Shown here in pieces: positions 42,347 through 45,957 of a DNA stretch of 45,957 nt (within the stretch, counting starts at the first letter, position 1; the number at the start of each line of letters is the position of its first letter). The position numbers were made by a program, and so were the translations under genes. The DNA is from an uncultured bacterium (GTDB taxonomy: Bacteria > JADJOY01), in contig CAYUSL010000003.1 of NCBI GenBank assembly GCA_964447125.1, positions 1 through 45,957 of the forward strand, read 5' to 3'. Below the pieces are notes generated by a model. It had not been told where the DNA came from, did no database searches, and saw nothing but the letters and a program-made list of their open reading frames with translations.

Positions 42347-42386
42347 GCGCCTCTTCCCCCGCTCCCCTTACCGTTACCCCAGCCGA

Positions 42387-43037
42387 TCAGATCAGCTTAC
42401 CGGGTGCGTTTCGGTCCAACTGCTCGCCCAAGAAAATCCAACACTTCACTCCGATGGTCCCATAGGTCGTCTTCGCAGTGGCCTGGCCGAAATCGATGCG
42501 AGCGCGCAGCGTGTGGAGAGGAACGCGCCCTTCTCGGTACCACTCCATTCGCGACATCTCACTGCCGCCGAGGCGGCCACCGCACTGAATCTTGACGCCG
42601 AGCGCGCCCAGCTTCATCGAGGTCGTGACAGCGCGCTTCATGGCTCGTCGGAAGGCCACGCGACGCTCGAGCTGCACGGCGACGTTTTCGGCCACGAGCT
42701 GTGCATCCGTCTCGGCTTTACGCACCTCGTGGATGTTGAGGTGGATCTCTTTGTCGGTCAGGCGCTGCAGATCCGCCTTGATCTTCTCGACCTCGGCACC
42801 CTTCTTCCCGATCACGATCCCCGGACGCGAGGTGTGGATGTTCACGCGCACCTGATTCGCTTTACGCTCGATCTCCACCTTGCTGAGCCCGGCGTGATGT
42901 AGGCGACTCTTGAGGTGCTCGCGGATCCGAATGTCCTCGTGAAGCCACTTCGTGAAGTTGGGCTTCGCATACCACTTCGAATCCCATGTCTCGATCACAC
43001 CGAGCCGAAACCCACGCGGATGAACTTTCTGGCCCAA
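42387..43037 (-). CDS. rpsC: 30S ribosomal protein S3
   Basis: (M)[23 protein letters not shown]...KH domain...[32 protein letters not shown] start at 43037 with GAGGGAG upstream. The longer ORF, open to 43121, would overlap rplV. Confidence 0.95.
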   Translation of the reverse strand: MGQKVHPRGFRLGVIETWDSKWYAKPNFTKWLHEDIRIREHLKSRLHHAGLSKVEIERKANQVRVNIHTSRPGIVIGKKGAEVEKIKADLQRLTDKEIHLNIHEVRKAETDAQLVAENVAVQLERRVAFRRAMKRAVTTSMKLGALGVKIQCGGRLGGSEMSRMEWYREGRVPLHTLRARIDFGQATAKTTYGTIGVKCWIFLGEQLDRNAPGKLI

Positions 43038-43050
43038 GGAAGACTCCCTC

Positions 43051-43395
43051 TCAGCGCTCGACGAGCTCGACGGTGATGTGACTGGTTCGCTTGCGAACGG
43101 GCGTGCCGCGCCCCATGGCACGCGGAATCCAACGCTTCCAAGTTGGTCCTTCGTCTACCCAGGCACGCGCGACAACCAGGCGGTCGACGTCCAGCTTGCC
43201 GGTCTCCTCCGCGTTCGCAACCGCGGACTTGAGCAGCTTCGCGATCGTCTTCGCCGCAGTCCGACGGCTGAACATGAGCACGCGCTGAGCCTCGCCCACG
43301 GGCTTTCCGCGAACGAGATCGACGACCTGGCGCACCTTGTATGGTGCTTGCCTCACGTAGCGAGCCTGCGCCCGAACCTGCTGATCCACGACCAT
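43051..43395 (-). CDS. rplV: 50S ribosomal protein L22
   Basis: [26 protein letters not shown]...LKSAVANAE...[30 protein letters not shown]. Confidence 0.96.
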   Translation of the reverse strand: MVVDQQVRAQARYVRQAPYKVRQVVDLVRGKPVGEAQRVLMFSRRTAAKTIAKLLKSAVANAEETGKLDVDRLVVARAWVDEGPTWKRWIPRAMGRGTPVRKRTSHITVELVER

Positions 43396-43453
43396 TCTCC
43401 CTCGTCGAGTACGTGCGCCTTCGCTCGCTACGTCGCGGCGCCGACCACGACCA

Positions 43454-43738
43454 TCACTTCTTCACGACCTTCGCCTTGCGATCACCCGCATGCGCGTGAA
43501 ACGTCCGCGTAGGGGCGAATTCACCGAGCTTGTGGCCAACCATGTTCTCGGTCACGAACAGCGGGATGAACTTTTTCCCGTTGTGGACCGCGAAGTTCAC
43601 GCCAATCATCTCGGGCGTCACAGTGGAGCGTCGGGACCACGTCTTGATCGGCTGACGCGTCTCACCCTTGCGGTACTCCTGAGCCTTCTTGCCGAGGCTT
43701 GGCTCGACGTAGGGTCCTTTGCGTAACGAACGGGGCAT
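43454..43738 (-). CDS. rpsS: 30S ribosomal protein S19
   Basis: [11 protein letters not shown]...[51 protein letters not shown]. Confidence 0.97.
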   Translation of the reverse strand: MPRSLRKGPYVEPSLGKKAQEYRKGETRQPIKTWSRRSTVTPEMIGVNFAVHNGKKFIPLFVTENMVGHKLGEFAPTRTFHAHAGDRKAKVVKK

Positions 43739-43782
43739 CTCGCAACTCTCCTGTGGCTGCTATGGCCGACGAATTCCGCCTC

Positions 43783-44604
43783 TCACTTACGCCGCTTGAG
43801 GATGAGGCGATCCGAGTTCTTCTTCTTGCGAGTGCGGTAGCCCTTCGTCGGAATGCCCCAGGGTGTGCACGGGTGGCGCCCGCCGGAACTCTTTCCCTCG
43901 CCACCGCCGAGTGGATGGTCGATCGGGTTCATCGCTACACCGCGAACACGTGGACGCCAGCCCAGATGGCGATTTCGCCCAGCCTTGCCGATGCTGACGT
44001 TGCCGTGATCGCTGTTACCGACCTGCCCGACCGTGGCCCGGCACTCGAGCCGCACGAGTCGAACCTCGCCCGATGGCAGCTTGAGGGTGGCATGCGCGCC
44101 TTCCTTGGCGAGCAGCTGGGCGGCGCCACCGGCGGAGCGGACCATCTGGCCCCCACGCCCGGGCTTGAGCTCGATGTTGTGAACCGTCGAGCCGGCGGGG
44201 ATTGAACGCAGCGGTAGCGCATTCCCGGGACGGATGTCCGCACCTTCGCCCGACATCACGACGTCGCCCACCGTCAAGCCGATCGGGGCCAAGATGTAGC
44301 GCTTCTCGCCATCAGCGTAGTGCAGCAGTGCAAGATTTGCAGATCGATTCGGGTCGTACTCGATCGCCGCCACCTTTGCGGGAATCCCGTCCTTGTCGCG
44401 ACGGAAGTCGATGATGCGGTACCGACGACGCGCGCCACCGCCACGATGCCGCGCGGTGATACGACCGTGGGCGTTGCGCCCGCCTCGCTTGCGAAGTGCC
44501 TCCGTGAGCGAGCGTTCAGGTCCCGGCGGCGCCAAGCCGGGGTCAACGACCGCAGTCTGAAATCGGCGTCCTGCGGACGTTGGTCGATATGTGCGAATCG
44601 GCAT
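43783..44604 (-). CDS. rplB: 50S ribosomal protein L2
   Basis: [17 protein letters not shown]...[27 protein letters not shown]...[33 protein letters not shown]...[31 protein letters not shown] at 44604 with GGAG upstream. Confidence 0.97.
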   Translation of the reverse strand: MPIRTYRPTSAGRRFQTAVVDPGLAPPGPERSLTEALRKRGGRNAHGRITARHRGGGARRRYRIIDFRRDKDGIPAKVAAIEYDPNRSANLALLHYADGEKRYILAPIGLTVGDVVMSGEGADIRPGNALPLRSIPAGSTVHNIELKPGRGGQMVRSAGGAAQLLAKEGAHATLKLPSGEVRLVRLECRATVGQVGNSDHGNVSIGKAGRNRHLGWRPRVRGVAMNPIDHPLGGGEGKSSGGRHPCTPWGIPTKGYRTRKKKNSDRLILKRRK

Positions 44605-44615
44605 CACTAACTCCG

Positions 44616-44903
44616 TCAGCCTTGCTCGAAGAACTCGATGGTGTCGCCGGCGCGTAGCTCGACTACGGCTTTCTTCCAATCCGAGCGCTCGCGGATTCGC
44701 GCACCCATGCGCTTTACCTTCCCGTGCACCCGCGCAGTACGCACATCGACGACGTGGACCTTGAAGAGGTCCTCCACCGCTTTGCGAATCTGCGCCTTGT
44801 TGGCGTCCAAACGCACTGCGAACACGACCTGGTTCGAATCTTCTTTGAGGCGAACGCTCTTCTCGGTGACGATCGGCTTCAGCAACACGTCGTAGGTGTT
44901 CAT
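44616..44903 (-). CDS. rplW: 50S ribosomal protein L23
   Basis: [12 protein letters not shown]......NQVVF.V...ANK.QIR.AVE.LF.V.V..V.T....GK.KR. Confidence 0.95.
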   Translation of the reverse strand: MNTYDVLLKPIVTEKSVRLKEDSNQVVFAVRLDANKAQIRKAVEDLFKVHVVDVRTARVHGKVKRMGARIRERSDWKKAVVELRAGDTIEFFEQG

Positions 44904-45525
44904 GACTTACCCAACCTCCGACCGATCTCCTCCAGGGCGCTGCGGGTGAGCACCAAGTGCTCGTACTTGAGCACGTCGAACACGTTCAGGCCCACCACCC
45001 GGATCGCTTTCACGGCAACCAGATTGCGTGCCGCACGCTCCAGCGCGACGTCCTCTGTCGCCGACACGACTAGCGCGCTACCGATGCCCAGACGTTCGAG
45101 CCCCTGCCTCAGCTGCTTGGTCTTGCCGTCCGGCAGCGCGAAGCCGTCGACGACGATCAACTTTCCCTCTTGAGCTCGCAGGCTCAGCGCAGAGCAAAGC
45201 GCACTCCGGCGTGTGCTGCGAGGGAGCCGATAGTCGAAGCTGTGCGGCTTCGGACCAAAGATCGTCGATCCGCCACGCCACAAAGGGCTCCGGCGGCTTC
45301 CAACACGCGCCCGCCCCGTGCCCTTCTGCTTCCAGGGCTTCAATCCACCACCCGTGATGTCGGAGCGCGACTTCGTCGAGGCGCAACCGCGTCGACGATT
45401 GGCGAGCTGCATCACCACGGCGTCGTGAAGCAAGTGGTCACGCACCGCGACGCCGAAGATTGCGGCATCGAGCTCGACGGTCGCGAGCTTTTCCTGGCTT
45501 GCGCTGAAGCAATCTGCCGTGGCCA

Positions 45526-45526
<1 letters not shown>
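44900..45526 (-). CDS. rplD: 50S ribosomal protein L4
   Basis: [36 protein letters not shown] is the L4 signature, not L3. Its ATG shares one nucleotide with the rpsJ stop (TGATG). Confidence 0.96.
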
Positions 45527-45834
<308 letters not shown>

Positions 45835-45902
45835 CGTTCACGCACCGTCCACGAATTGCACGCCTCGGCCGATCCTTCCCACGACTGCCTCTGACTGGCG
45901 GC

Positions 45903-45957
45903 TCATTCCAGAATCTTGGCAACGACGCCGGCACCCACCGTGCGGCCGCCTTCCCGG
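45903..45957 (-). CDS. tuf: Elongation factor Tu, 3' end only (truncated by the window edge)
   Basis: The minus-strand reading of the last 54 nt gives REGGRTVGAGVVAKILE*, the conserved EF-Tu C-terminus. The stop is at 45903-45905, 68 nt upstream of rpsJ. Confidence 0.85.
   Translation of the reverse strand, partial: REGGRTVGAGVVAKILE

Overview
GC-rich bacterial chromosomal window, roughly two-thirds G+C by eye. Strong third-position GC bias produces long spurious antisense ORFs over almost every real gene. The content is almost entirely core housekeeping, read from motifs in the supplied translations and from the DNA.

Gene layout:
- Minus strand, 117-3085: a five-module c-di-GMP-type signalling protein and a family-2 glycosyltransferase.
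- Plus strand, 3267-6745: rpmE, prfA, prmC, murA.
- Plus strand, 6910-15301: a lipoprotein and an ABC-2 exporter pair, followed directly by hisD-C-B-H-A-F-I.
- Plus strand, 15518-21155: the macromolecular-synthesis operon rpsU-dnaG-rpoD, then tRNA(CAU), a COG1579-type zinc-ribbon coiled-coil protein, and RNase P RNA.
- Minus strand, 21179-29325: Nudix hydrolase, MaoC double-hotdog dehydratase, uvrC, uvrB, cysS and a CdnL-type CarD regulator.
- 29791-32098: a poorly characterised stretch with one plus-strand lipoprotein and two small minus-strand ORFs.
- Minus strand, 32124 to the window end: the tuf-S10-spc-alpha ribosomal superoperon (tuf 3' end to rplQ).

The CdnL-like protein, the DUF4388/PATAN and MshEN modules and the GC content suggest a Myxococcota/deltaproteobacterial-type lineage; this is inference only.

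I found no CRISPR array, no mobile element, no defence or toxin-antitoxin genes, and no convincing novel multi-gene system. The items most worth a second look are:
1. The MshEN / degenerate HD-GYP / pseudo-receiver / PATAN protein next to the GT2 gene.
2. The absence of rplC between rpsJ and rplD.
3. The uncharacterised lipoprotein plus the two small ORFs wedged between cdnL and rplQ.
4. The long structured rpsU-dnaG spacer.

Several start codons are chosen by homology to typical N-termini and Shine-Dalgarno context and remain uncertain.
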